DNA of 64,000 bases, from positions 61,702 to 125,701 of the forward strand of contig CAYIHX010000005.1 in assembly GCA_964363305.1 (NCBI GenBank). The letters are read 5' to 3'. The number at the start of each line of letters is the position of its first letter. The first letter of the stretch is position 1. Of this stretch, positions 9,819 to 19,745 are shown piece after piece. A program made the position numbers and the translations under genes. The stretch is from an uncultured Bacteriovoracaceae bacterium. Lineage in GTDB: Bacteria > Bdellovibrionota > UBA1018. Below the pieces are notes generated by a model. It did not search any database. It worked only from the letters and a program-made list of their open reading frames with translations, and was not told the DNA's origin.

Positions 9819-10520
9819 TTAGCAGTTTCGTCTGAGAATCTCATGTAAATAGGGACAAAACGGGTCAAGGTGCCGCGCTTCATCCTCCAGGAGAGACGGA
9901 TCATAGACCGTCCGCCTGAGTCCAAAGGTGCGACGCGAAGTATCCAGAATCCCCCAGCTGGCGACCATACCCTGATCTCTTGCTTGACCGACGGAGCCGA
10001 CATTAGCGATGAGGGTTCCTGCTCTCTCCCGAATAAAAGGGCGGTGGGTATGGCCCATGAAAACGAAATGTGCTCCTTCGATAAAGCAGCGATCGATCAC
10101 TTCTTGCGGTGCATCAGGGTAGACGTAGAAGTCTCGATCCCAAGGTGATCCATGGCAAAGCTCAATCTTCAGCCCATCGAGTTCAATCGAGCGGCGGGCC
10201 GGCAATGACGCAAGCCAGGACAGCTCATCCTGAGAGAGAGATCTTAGCGCTACGTCGATGCCACTTCCATACCTCTTTCGGATCTGGTCCGCGAGAACTT
10301 CATTCCCAGCTGCCGCCATGAGCATTGCTTCGTGATTGCCCGCGATCACATCTGACGGCCATTCTGTGAGCATCTTGAGGACAGAGTCCGGCCGACAGTA
10401 GTAGCCAACTAAGTCTCCCAGAACGAAAAGGCGCTCTACCCCTAAGCGGCGGCACTCATCTAACACACGGCCCAAAGCGATATCATTGCCATGAATGTCA
10501 GAGAGAACAGCAATGATCAT
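9819..10520 (-). CDS. Metallophosphoesterase (calcineurin-like, YfcE-type)
   Basis: MIIAVLSDIHGNDIALGRVL...GDLVGYY...GNHE...GHTHRP metal-binding motifs. Confidence 0.65.
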   Translation of the reverse strand: MIIAVLSDIHGNDIALGRVLDECRRLGVERLFVLGDLVGYYCRPDSVLKMLTEWPSDVIAGNHEAMLMAAAGNEVLADQIRKRYGSGIDVALRSLSQDELSWLASLPARRSIELDGLKIELCHGSPWDRDFYVYPDAPQEVIDRCFIEGAHFVFMGHTHRPFIRERAGTLIANVGSVGQARDQGMVASWGILDTSRRTFGLRRTVYDPSLLEDEARHLDPFCPYLHEILRRNC

Positions 10521-11623
10521 CGTGGCACCGGCGCCAGCGCATCCAAGATTCGCTGGCAGCCCAAGCCATCTACCATCTTAGTGGAATTGATTTCGATCTG
10601 CGTGAGTTGATCTGGCTGAGCGATCAAGGTGATGAGGGCTTCTCGGATTTGTTCTTCGGTCACGTCAGAGGAGGGCCCTAGATCAACGACGGCACCCATT
10701 TTCGCCATGCACTTTGCCAAAGGTACTTGATTGTCTGCGATGGAAACGACAACACCTGGAAGGCCGAGGCAGCATCTTTCCCAGGTTGTAGTCCCGCCTG
10801 CACCGACATACAGATCTGCGCTCACCATTAGCGCGGCCATATCTTTGATGTTAAAGTGGGTCCGTGCTCCCGGTATCTCGAGAGCTATTGATTCAATGGA
10901 TGCTCGGTGAGGATTCAAAGAACCGATGACGATGTCAATTTGTACATTCGCAAACGGAATCGTCCGAAGGGCCTGAAGAGCCTTGCCTGTTTCATTCTTT
11001 GGATCAGCGCCTCCAAAAAAAACTAAAATGCGGTTGACCCTCCCCCGACGATGACGAATCTGGGCGCGGGCCTCGACAAACTGACGTCGCAAGATTGCGA
11101 AACGAGGACCCAGTAGCTTCTGGCAATGATCGCTAACGCGCAGATCATAGCGCGTCTCGAAATTCTCGTAGAGATTTTGGTCAACGAGAACATCGCAATC
11201 ATGATCCCGATCCGCAAGATCATCAATTACGAGAACCCGATCCACTAACGAACGGACCGCCGATTCCCATGATCGATCGATCGCGTAGTGATCTACCACT
11301 AGCCAGTTCTGCGAGCCTCTTTCCCGGCTAATGACTTCACGAGTTTCTTCAATATCCCGCGGTATGCCAACACCGAGCCAGTGGGCGTGAGGAACAGAAA
11401 AGCTGGGTACGTCAACTGGTTTATGTGGCGCTGGGAGTAGTTTTATCTCAAACCCCTCGGACTCCACGAGTGCTTTGGGGGATTGCTGAGAATCTCGGCA
11501 AATAAAAACCGTCCGAACCCCCTGACTCCTCATGCTATTCGCAAATGCCAGACAGCGCATGAGGTGCCCCAGTCCCATGAACGGGGAGGCGTCGACACGA
11601 ATGAATGCGGTAATGTCGCTCAT
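10517..11623 (-). CDS. pseG: UDP-2,4-diacetamido-2,4,6-trideoxy-L-altropyranose hydrolase (PseG, GT28-like)
   Basis: IRVDASPFMGLGHLMRCLAFA is the PseG N-terminal signature. A 4-nt overlap with the upstream gene indicates an operon. Confidence 0.8.
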   Translation of the reverse strand: MSDITAFIRVDASPFMGLGHLMRCLAFANSMRSQGVRTVFICRDSQQSPKALVESEGFEIKLLPAPHKPVDVPSFSVPHAHWLGVGIPRDIEETREVISRERGSQNWLVVDHYAIDRSWESAVRSLVDRVLVIDDLADRDHDCDVLVDQNLYENFETRYDLRVSDHCQKLLGPRFAILRRQFVEARAQIRHRRGRVNRILVFFGGADPKNETGKALQALRTIPFANVQIDIVIGSLNPHRASIESIALEIPGARTHFNIKDMAALMVSADLYVGAGGTTTWERCCLGLPGVVVSIADNQVPLAKCMAKMGAVVDLGPSSDVTEEQIREALITLIAQPDQLTQIEINSTKMVDGLGCQRILDALAPVPR

Positions 11624-13683
11624 CGAAGTTTAAAAAGTGGTTCGAGTGGCTTACAGCGCAGGACTTCCCGAAGAGACCGTCTCTCCACACAATTGCGGAG
11701 CAGTGGCAGAACCTCGTCGTAAGCACGAAGCAATTGCGCCAAATCTTCATCCGTATGGGCATAGCTCATATTGTGCGAACTTAAGATGAGGATCCCCCGG
11801 GCAAACATCTCTTGCAGAAACAGCGTCTTCATATCCCACTGCGTGTAAGAGGCTGTATCCTTGAAGCCCAGAATTGACCAGCTGGGGTGACCCGAAATCG
11901 AGAGAATCGCTTGGCATTGGTGTTTCTCGATGAGCCGGGCAACTTCCGAGATGATCTTCTGTCCTTGTCTCGCAACCACCTTGAGCACCGGCTCTTTCTG
12001 AAGTTTGGTCAGGGTTGCCAACGCAGCAGCCAAAGAAAGTGCCTCTCCTCCGAACGTAAAGGAAAAGAAGACCTCTTCCATCAGCTTCATGATATCTGAG
12101 CGTCCTGCAACCGCAGAAACGGGATAACCGTTGGCCAGGCCCTTTCCAAAGGTTGAAAGATCAGGCGTTACGTTAAAGAATTCTTGAGCGCCGCCGTTGG
12201 AATAGCGAAACCCGGTGACCGTCTCGTCGAAAACCAATACAGCCCCATTCTTAGCTGTCAGCTCCTTTATTTTTTCTAAAAAGTTGTCCTTTGGCTCGGT
12301 TGTATTCATGGGCTCCAGGATGACAGCGGCAAATTCACCTGGATGTTTCTCAAAGAGACGGTGGAGGGAATCAACGTCATTGTAGGTGAATGTATGGGTG
12401 AGTTCACGTGTGGACACCGGAACCCCCAAATTCCTGGCCGTTGCGCCAATGTACCAGTCTTGCCAGCCGTGGTAGCCGCAAATCGCAACATGATCCCGTC
12501 CCGTATAGGCTCGAGCGAGGCGAATGGCTCCACTTGTGGCATCCGACCCATTTTTTCCGAAGCGGACTTTTTCAGCACAGGGAACCATTTCGACGATCTT
12601 TTCGGCCACTTGCATTTCTAGCGAATGAGGGAGGGAGAAAATGACACCGTCTTCGAGCTGTGCCTTGACGGCAGAGGTGACGTCCGGGTCGTTGTAACCT
12701 AAGGTCACGGCGGCCAGGCTGTTGATGAAATCTACGTACTCATTACCATCTACATCCCAAGCGCGACTGCCCTTTGCGCATTTAATGAAGTAAGGTGAGA
12801 CCCCAAAAGGGAACTGGGTCTTGCTCTTACTGAAGGTCTGCGATCCTAGCGGGATTGTTCTCTGCGCTCGTTCAAGGAGTTCTTCTGACTTCTGATAGCG
12901 GGAGTCCATCTGTCTTTCTCCATCCTCTTTCAAAGATTTCGCGTATCCCTCGTTCCGTCGGATTTGCGTGTTCCAGGTTTTAAGTGCGGGATTTTTTTCT
13001 AGGAGATCTAAAATATCCTGACTCCCAAAGTTTGGATTTTCCGGATAAAGAGTCTCGTAAATTTGAGTTACCAATTCAAAATCGAGCGGCTCGTCAACGG
13101 TCCAGCGCAGGAAGGAATGATCAGACGCCCCTCTGTAGTGGCCAATTCGAAATCGCTCGGGATTTCCGTGAATAAAAGGGGTGACATGCTGACGCTCCGA
13201 GGGAAGCTTGGCTTCCTTCCAAGCGACTTGGAGACTTTCGAATCGCATGACCTCCACGTCTAGGCCGTCGGGGTATGTCGGTTGTAGCCCGTTTGTTGCG
13301 TAGTCGAAGCCTCCTTCAAAAAAATACCGAAGAACTTGATCAATCACCTCTGGATCCGTGAGCGGACAATCTCCAGTTAGCCGTACTACGTATTCAGGGT
13401 GATAATGTTTAGCCGCGACATAAAAACGGTCCAAAACATCGTCGAGACTCCCTCGGAAGCACTCAATGTCGTTTTGGGCGCACATGCCGGCCAGGTGATC
13501 GTCGGAGGCTTCCACGCTGGTGGCGACAACGAGTTTGTTGATCTCTTTCGCTCGTCGAATTCTTTCAATCTGGCGCATCAACATGGGCTGCCCGAGGATG
13601 GGCTTCAGTACTTTTGCGGGCAAACGATGGGAGGAAGATCGAGCTTGGAGGATTGCCAAAGTTTTAAGTTTTGGAGGCATCAC
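11620..13683 (-). CDS. Bifunctional fusion of an N-terminal PseF/SpsF-like cytidylyltransferase and a C-terminal class-III (GSA-aminomutase-like) PLP aminotransferase
   Basis: N-terminus LAILQARSSSHRLPAKVLKPILGQPM matches the PseF 'IIQARMGSTRLPGKV' type. The C-terminal half carries the class-III aminotransferase PLP region (ICGYHGWQDW, VFDETVTGFR). It is a single 687-aa ORF. Confidence 0.75.
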   Translation of the reverse strand: MMPPKLKTLAILQARSSSHRLPAKVLKPILGQPMLMRQIERIRRAKEINKLVVATSVEASDDHLAGMCAQNDIECFRGSLDDVLDRFYVAAKHYHPEYVVRLTGDCPLTDPEVIDQVLRYFFEGGFDYATNGLQPTYPDGLDVEVMRFESLQVAWKEAKLPSERQHVTPFIHGNPERFRIGHYRGASDHSFLRWTVDEPLDFELVTQIYETLYPENPNFGSQDILDLLEKNPALKTWNTQIRRNEGYAKSLKEDGERQMDSRYQKSEELLERAQRTIPLGSQTFSKSKTQFPFGVSPYFIKCAKGSRAWDVDGNEYVDFINSLAAVTLGYNDPDVTSAVKAQLEDGVIFSLPHSLEMQVAEKIVEMVPCAEKVRFGKNGSDATSGAIRLARAYTGRDHVAICGYHGWQDWYIGATARNLGVPVSTRELTHTFTYNDVDSLHRLFEKHPGEFAAVILEPMNTTEPKDNFLEKIKELTAKNGAVLVFDETVTGFRYSNGGAQEFFNVTPDLSTFGKGLANGYPVSAVAGRSDIMKLMEEVFFSFTFGGEALSLAAALATLTKLQKEPVLKVVARQGQKIISEVARLIEKHQCQAILSISGHPSWSILGFKDTASYTQWDMKTLFLQEMFARGILILSSHNMSYAHTDEDLAQLLRAYDEVLPLLRNCVERRSLREVLRCKPLEPLFKLR

Positions 13684-13724
13684 GACTATCTATAACCCCA
13701 TTCTTGCCGGTAAAATCGCCCAAA

Positions 13725-14429
13725 TCATGTCGCATTTCCACCTTTTACGACAGATATCGTAACACTTGCTTCAATTCGGCCCCTTCTCAGGGCTGGTCGC
13801 GAGAATTCAAGGCGTGCTTCACCTATTTGAACGAAGGCTCGAGGATAGCCTTCGGCGTCGAGCATTCTGATGTAATCAAACCACTTGGACAGGTCGGAAT
13901 CATTGGGAATTCTACTTTGCGCTGGGGTTCTCCGTTTGAAGAGAGTGACCTCGCCAGACTGCTCGGTGGGTTTAGGCTCTTCCCTTGATATCTGCAGGAT
14001 CATCTCCTGGACCTGGCGAGACATTCGGATAAAAACTTCGTCCCCTCCTCCCAGGAGGGACACCTTGCTCCGAGCATAAACAGGACCTGCGTCAAGTTCT
14101 TTCATCATGCGCAAAGCCGAAACGGTGGTCTCTTCTTTTCCGAGAAGAATCATATTCTGAACGGGAGATCCTCCTCGCCCAAACGGCACTGGCGTGGCGT
14201 GAAAACACACGCATTCATACTTTGAGGTAATCGACTCTGAAACAATATTTGACCAATGAGGAAAAAAAATGAAACGCGGGTTAAGCTCCTCGACCAGCTT
14301 CAACTGAAGTTGATCAGGTTCACGAATCTCAACCCAAATGTCTTCGCCGACAGGTGCTTTCCACTCATCCCAAAACCAGGGGGTCCTGCATGCGATGATG
14401 TAAGTTTTTTTCATTTCAACATCCTTCAT
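13725..14429 (-). CDS. Formyltransferase (Fmt/PurN-like N-terminal domain) for sugar N-formylation
   Basis: FHATPVPFGRGGSPVQNMILLG resembles the formyltransferase 'HxSLLPxxRG' motif. The likely start is MKKTYII (about 14414). Confidence 0.75.
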   Translation of the reverse strand: MKDVEMKKTYIIACRTPWFWDEWKAPVGEDIWVEIREPDQLQLKLVEELNPRFIFFPHWSNIVSESITSKYECVCFHATPVPFGRGGSPVQNMILLGKEETTVSALRMMKELDAGPVYARSKVSLLGGGDEVFIRMSRQVQEMILQISREEPKPTEQSGEVTLFKRRTPAQSRIPNDSDLSKWFDYIRMLDAEGYPRAFVQIGEARLEFSRPALRRGRIEASVTISVVKGGNAT

Positions 14430-15103
14430 CTGGTAATTCTTCGTACCGTCCGAAATGCTTCAGCCCGCATTAGACCGCTTTGCATCCCGCGAAACCTAGA
14501 AAGCGCATCAATGCCCACCACCGAGCGAGGGTGGGGAAATGCACGCAACTCCTTCTCGTAGGAGTGAAGGGCCTGGACTTTCGCGTCCCATGTACTTTCA
14601 GCGCAAACAAATAATTCTGGAATGAAAGTACTGGCAATCTGAATGTCAGACCACTCGGTCGAAGACGGCACTTCAAACGTTCTGATTTCGGTGCAAACCT
14701 CGCCAGACAGCATTCGAAAGGCTGTTAAAGTCGCCTGAAATGCAACGCGATGATCTATGTTTAAATCGGAGCCGTTGTGCGTGTACACCAGATCAGGCTG
14801 TATGCTTTGTTTTGCCGATTCAATGAATTTTACGACTTCCAACAAGGGAATGGAATCCAGTCTGTTATCGGGAAAAGTTCCTCTCTGAATCCATTTAAAC
14901 CCAAGGATTGATGCTGCCGCTTCAGAGCTTTTGACTCGATCAGTAGTCAGCTCATCATCTTGATCCAAGCGTGCGCCAATTCCATCCGTTAGGTGGAGAG
15001 CAAAAACTTCATCTCCATCGGTCGCATGCCGACGAAGTGTTGCGCCGCAACCTAAGGTCTCATCGTCTGAGTGTGCCACAACTACAAGTATGCGGTGCGC
15101 CAT
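14426..15103 (-). CDS. PIG-L/LmbE family N-acetylglucosaminyl deacetylase
   Basis: MAHRILVVVAHSDDETLGCGATL is the PIG-L signature. Confidence 0.75.
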   Translation of the reverse strand: MAHRILVVVAHSDDETLGCGATLRRHATDGDEVFALHLTDGIGARLDQDDELTTDRVKSSEAAASILGFKWIQRGTFPDNRLDSIPLLEVVKFIESAKQSIQPDLVYTHNGSDLNIDHRVAFQATLTAFRMLSGEVCTEIRTFEVPSSTEWSDIQIASTFIPELFVCAESTWDAKVQALHSYEKELRAFPHPRSVVGIDALSRFRGMQSGLMRAEAFRTVRRITR

Positions 15104-15250
15104 TTTTCTTTTTTAATTCCCCTTTCGCCCGTGAGTATCAGGAGTAGATTTAGACAATCAAGCAGTTCAGATCGCCGGTCTATATTTATAGACTCTGAAA
15201 GGCCTGCCTGAGTGGCAATCGCTATATCATTTTTTGAGGCTGGGCGGGAC

Positions 15251-17044
15251 TTACGTACTTATAAAATTCGAAAATGAGGTCATCCTGCGGTCACTGACGG
15301 GTTCGAAGTACCTTCGGCCGACGTCTTTTCCATATTCTCTCAGAAGTAATTTCTGTGAACTTGATTTTTCGGCAATCCTTACAATTTCTTCGGGCTCCAT
15401 TGCAAAAATGACGTGACTGGCACTTTCCCAAAGTGTGTCCAGGTCTATCACCGCTTCGAGACACGGAACGATGACTAGGTGTCCTGATGAGATTATTTCA
15501 AGATACGATACGGAGCTTCTCGATGTCAGCACCGCCCAAGATCGCGCAATTGTCTGATCGATGGGGCCTTCTACAATTTCAAAATTTTCCAAACCGTATT
15601 CATGACAGAGTGCTTCGAGCCACTGAGATGAAAGAGCGGGATGTGGCTTGAGAAGTAGCCTATATCGTCGGCTCAGGGCGCCTCTTCGTGCAATCCAACG
15701 AATCATCGCAACAGCCTGACCGGGAAATTGGTGAATCAGCACGGCAAGGGAGTTTTTATCGTCCCTCGATCCCGAATCATTGAGCGGTTCATCACGACGA
15801 TTAGCCGCGGTAAAACGGAGATTACATCCTTCGAATAGAATAGACCGGGGATATCCCGCGAATTCAAGGATTCTCAGATATTCGTGGCCGCTGGTGATGA
15901 TCCGGTCTGGAAAAGGTTGCCTCTGTCGAAGTGCTTTGCTGAGTTCCATGCCCGAATGCTTGCGGAACCAGACCGAGTGTTGAAATGCGAGCAGTTTGGT
16001 TTCGAGTCCCATCCTCCGAACTTCAGAAATCAAAGCATTCTCGGCTAAATTACTTTCGTAGGGGAAATAGATGGCGCCGGGCAGGGATTCTTGATTTTTC
16101 AGCTCACTTAAGACGGCGCCGGCAGAGGCAAGAACCAGGCTTTCTTGGTAGATTCCGGTTTGAAGGTGGCACTCTCTTAGGACGTCGGTCGTGTCGATTT
16201 CGAGGGTGACGGCGTTTCCTTGAAGTTTGGACGCCCGGAAGAGTCGGCTGACTACCTTGAGGCTTGGTGAAAGGCGAAGAAGTTCTAAGTCATGGATGAC
16301 TTTGATGCCCTTGTCTCGCAGTTTTGCGACGGCGGCCGATTTCGTGTCTTTGAGAAGATGAAATTGCGGCCAGACCCAAACCTGCCTATTTTCGTGTACA
16401 AGAAAATTTTGAAATTCACCGAAATTTCGATTGAGGTAGGGTGCCGGGCGATTGATGCAGTCTTGCGTTACCCAGGTCTTGAGGAGGATTGAATGCCGAC
16501 TGGGTAATTCGTTTTTTTTCGTTTTTTTCGTCAAGATGATGCTTTTGAGAAATCTCAGTGCATGGACAAACTGCCTGCCTCGAAGTGCCGCAAAATAGAT
16601 CCACAATGGAGGCACTCCGGTGAGGCAAACCTGCCGCTTTGTTTTTTTGAGAATTTCTCGCTTGAGCGTGCGTGCGACTGATGGCGAGGTAACCAGGAGA
16701 AGGTAGTTTTCCTTTTCTTGACCTGAGAGGGCGAGCAGGCAGGAGGCGATCAGTCTACACCTGACCAGGTAGGGAAATGCAAAGGGATTTCTTGCGCCAA
16801 GATGGGTTTGCCAAAGAACGCCATCCACATCGCGAGACAGGAGATCGTCGAAGACCGTGTCGATGTCTTCGCCGAGTTTGGATTCGTTATCGGGACTGAG
16901 CGGGATATACTGAGCGTGCTGGGTCCATTCTCCCGCGAGAGATTGAAGGCGATCGAGTTCTTCACTCGCAAGGAGGATGGTACTTTTTATGTTGGATTTT
17001 CGAGGACGCTTGGAAAATCGCCCCGGTAACCAGATTTCGATCAT
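15251..17044 (-). CDS. Large hypothetical protein in the glycan operon (possible capsule/glycan polymer biosynthesis protein)
   Basis: 597-aa ORF that overlaps the upstream epimerase gene by 4 nt, suggesting translational coupling. I see no motif I can name. Confidence 0.45.
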   Translation of the reverse strand: MIEIWLPGRFSKRPRKSNIKSTILLASEELDRLQSLAGEWTQHAQYIPLSPDNESKLGEDIDTVFDDLLSRDVDGVLWQTHLGARNPFAFPYLVRCRLIASCLLALSGQEKENYLLLVTSPSVARTLKREILKKTKRQVCLTGVPPLWIYFAALRGRQFVHALRFLKSIILTKKTKKNELPSRHSILLKTWVTQDCINRPAPYLNRNFGEFQNFLVHENRQVWVWPQFHLLKDTKSAAVAKLRDKGIKVIHDLELLRLSPSLKVVSRLFRASKLQGNAVTLEIDTTDVLRECHLQTGIYQESLVLASAGAVLSELKNQESLPGAIYFPYESNLAENALISEVRRMGLETKLLAFQHSVWFRKHSGMELSKALRQRQPFPDRIITSGHEYLRILEFAGYPRSILFEGCNLRFTAANRRDEPLNDSGSRDDKNSLAVLIHQFPGQAVAMIRWIARRGALSRRYRLLLKPHPALSSQWLEALCHEYGLENFEIVEGPIDQTIARSWAVLTSRSSVSYLEIISSGHLVIVPCLEAVIDLDTLWESASHVIFAMEPEEIVRIAEKSSSQKLLLREYGKDVGRRYFEPVSDRRMTSFSNFIST

Positions 17045-17988
17045 GAACGGAGATTTTTCACCGTCATCCGGATTCCCTCAAACGGACTGACTTTAGGCTC
17101 CCACCCCAGGTCCCTTTTTGCGCTCTCGCAAGAGCCGAAGCTCACCATAGGGTCTCCTGGTGTCCCTCCTTGCTCGATGATCGGATATTTCTCAGGGTCT
17201 TTTCCAAAATTCTGAATCAATTCATGAAGGAGTTCGCGAATCGAGAGGCTGATTCCCGTACACATGTTGTAGGCTTTTTGTATGGCCCGAGGATTATCTA
17301 CGCATCGAGTCATGGCGTCGACGACGTCGCTGACGTGAACGATGTCCCTTTTCCTATCAAGAGGTCCCTTAACGACAATAGGCTCTCCCTTGACGAGGTA
17401 CGCCAGGTAGATGCTTAAGAGGCCCTGCTCTAGATTCTCCAGGTTCTGCGATGCTCCATAGGTGGTGTACAGTCGGAACACCGTCCACTCGATGCCGTAC
17501 TGAGCACCGTAGACCCGAGCCATCATTTCTCCAGCGGCCTTGTTGGCGCCATAGGGTGATTTTGGACGCAAGGGTTCTTGCTCCGTCGTCGGAAAATGCT
17601 CGGGATCGCCATAGGCACTCATCGAACTCGCAAAAATAAATCTCTTGCACCCGGATTCGCGCGCAAATTCCAGAGTCTGTACTGTGCCGAGGAGATTCGA
17701 GTGAGAATCCAAAATGGGATCACGGAAAGAAACGGCGTTTGAGGCCTGCGCTCCCAAATGGAAGATCGCGTCGAATACCTGGCCCTTGAGCGTTTCCCTC
17801 CAGCCCTTCTCAGCCAGATCTTCGTGGAGGAACGCCGCTTGGACGGGAAGGTTAGATTTTTTGCCGTTGGAGAGGTTGTCGACGATAGTGACTCTTGCTC
17901 CGGCTTGAATGAGGTCGTGCGCGAGACTGGAGCCGACGAATCCGGCTCCACCGGTGACCAGGAAGTTCTTTCCATCAAATTTCTTCAT
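17041..17988 (-). CDS. NAD-dependent epimerase/dehydratase (UDP-sugar epimerase/decarboxylase family)
   Basis: FLVTGGAGFVGSSLAHDLIQAGARVTIVDNLSNG Rossmann motif and a YxxxK-type YGANKAAGE segment. Confidence 0.8.
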   Translation of the reverse strand: MKKFDGKNFLVTGGAGFVGSSLAHDLIQAGARVTIVDNLSNGKKSNLPVQAAFLHEDLAEKGWRETLKGQVFDAIFHLGAQASNAVSFRDPILDSHSNLLGTVQTLEFARESGCKRFIFASSMSAYGDPEHFPTTEQEPLRPKSPYGANKAAGEMMARVYGAQYGIEWTVFRLYTTYGASQNLENLEQGLLSIYLAYLVKGEPIVVKGPLDRKRDIVHVSDVVDAMTRCVDNPRAIQKAYNMCTGISLSIRELLHELIQNFGKDPEKYPIIEQGGTPGDPMVSFGSCESAKRDLGWEPKVSPFEGIRMTVKNLRS

Positions 17989-18974
17989 GGGTTCACCTGA
18001 CTGCGGGGGCGTTCGCCTCGAAGGACGCGCAGTGCTTCCATGGCCGCTTTGTATCGCATTTCATCCTCAGCTTCCCGTGAAAAGAAAGCGCAGTGCGGGG
18101 TGATGATCAAGCGCGAAGTGATTTCCGGATCCCCATTGATCCAACGGGCTAAAAGGGGGTCGGCGTCGTCGATGGGTTCAGTGGGGAGAACGTCAAAGCC
18201 CGCGTGATATACTTTTTTCTCTAAAAAAGCTTCGCGGAAAGCGGGCCAGTCCATCACGGGTCCGCGACTGGTGTTGATGAGCACGGCCTCCTGAGGGAGG
18301 GCGTCAAAGAAGGCCTTTCCAATCATACCCCGTGTTTCGACGGTCAAGGGCGTATGAAGAGAGATGATCTCGGAGTTTCTGGCAAGTTCCAGAAGGTCAT
18401 GGTGTCTTTCAAGTCCTAGGCTTTTTTCCCAACCGATGGGAAGGTAGGGGTCATAAAAGCTGACCGTCATCCCGAGTGCCTTTGCCCGTAACGCAAAAGC
18501 GGCGCCAATTCTTCCAAGTCCGACGATTCCCAATTTTCGTTTGGTGAGTCGAAACGTTTTGGGGCCTTCCCAAACCCAGGTCTTCTTGGCTTTGGCTTGG
18601 ACGGCATAAGGGAAAAGGCCACGAGCCAATGCGAGCAGGAGAGCAAGCGCGTGATCCGCTACGTCATTGGTTCCGTAGTCGGGAACATTCGATATGACAA
18701 TGCCAAATTCCTTGGCAGCCACGAGATCCACGTTATCAAATCCCGCACCCACTCTAACAAGGGACCGGCAATTTTTAAGGGACGCCAGGGTGGCGCGGTC
18801 CCACTTGAGGTCATGCCAGGCCAGAATCGCGTCGGCTTCCTCGATTTTTCCTCTGATTTCGTCATTTGACTTGGCTTTCAGCGTGATCACATCCGCCTGA
18901 TTACCGAATACGGTCATTTCAACTTTTGGTTCTGATGTGACTCGGTCGGGTATGAAGACTTTCCACTTACTCAT
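17985..18974 (-). CDS. D-isomer-specific 2-hydroxyacid dehydrogenase (SerA/PdxB/CtBP-like)
   Basis: GIVGLGRIGAAFALRAKALGMTV NAD-binding motif plus catalytic-domain architecture. The likely real start is MSKWKVFIP (about 18974), giving a 4-nt overlap with the HAD gene. Confidence 0.75.
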   Translation of the reverse strand: MSKWKVFIPDRVTSEPKVEMTVFGNQADVITLKAKSNDEIRGKIEEADAILAWHDLKWDRATLASLKNCRSLVRVGAGFDNVDLVAAKEFGIVISNVPDYGTNDVADHALALLLALARGLFPYAVQAKAKKTWVWEGPKTFRLTKRKLGIVGLGRIGAAFALRAKALGMTVSFYDPYLPIGWEKSLGLERHHDLLELARNSEIISLHTPLTVETRGMIGKAFFDALPQEAVLINTSRGPVMDWPAFREAFLEKKVYHAGFDVLPTEPIDDADPLLARWINGDPEITSRLIITPHCAFFSREAEDEMRYKAAMEALRVLRGERPRSQVNP

Positions 18975-19745
18975 ACAGAAACTTCCTTTTGAACTTCGTC
19001 GAGGAGGGTCCGCTGCGTCAGGACACGAATGCCGCTCTGGGTGCAAAGGTCGAGATCTTCCGGTTGTGTGTATCCCCAGCTCGCCCACCGGCAATTGAAG
19101 CCGTCGCGATGGGCGGGAAGCAAGTGCTCCACGTAGTCGTCGATGAAAACAACGTTGGAACGAGCGATTTTAAGGGGGGCCGCCCAATGCTCAAGCACGG
19201 CAGACTTCGTTCCTTTCGATGCGCGCGGAAGAATGATGCGAGGATCCGGCGGTTCATCGATAAAATATTGAATGATCTTGGATATGGAGTCTGAGTCTCG
19301 GGTCGAGAGAATACTCGCCAGGTCACGCTTTTTAGCCGCCTCGAACGCCGCTAACGCTTCGGGGTATGGCTTCACTTCCGCAAGCCAAAGCCGGGTATTT
19401 TTCTGCAGCTCAATGCGGGTCGCGAAGTACGAATCTTCAAAGCCCTGGAAGGACTCCCGCAAGGTCTGTGCCTTGGCGAGAAATGCCTCTCTCGACTCGC
19501 TGATTTCCCCTTGGAAAATTTCAAGCAAGAGAGGTCCGTACTGCCATGGGGGACCGACCCAGGCGCGATTTTTGAGAAACGGAACCAGCACGTCTTGAGA
19601 TATTTTTTGTCCTGGTTTCCAGGATTGGGGAAAACCCCATTTGTGATTCTGACGGGAGGCTGTATCAAAGGCGACACGGAGGCACTCCGGCGCCGTATCA
19701 AAAAGGACACCATCGAAATCGAAAACAAAAGACTTGCTGCCCACG
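18971..19745 (-). CDS. HAD-superfamily hydrolase/phosphatase
   Basis: Motif I FVFDFDGVLFDT. The start is probably a GTG near 19745, abutting the GAPDH-like gene. The ORF track extends it to 19837 through an overlap. Confidence 0.55.

Noticed and set aside
11023-11226. Small internal ORFs within pseG, and similar ones inside other genes
   Set aside because: They are nested in alternative frames of well-supported genes.
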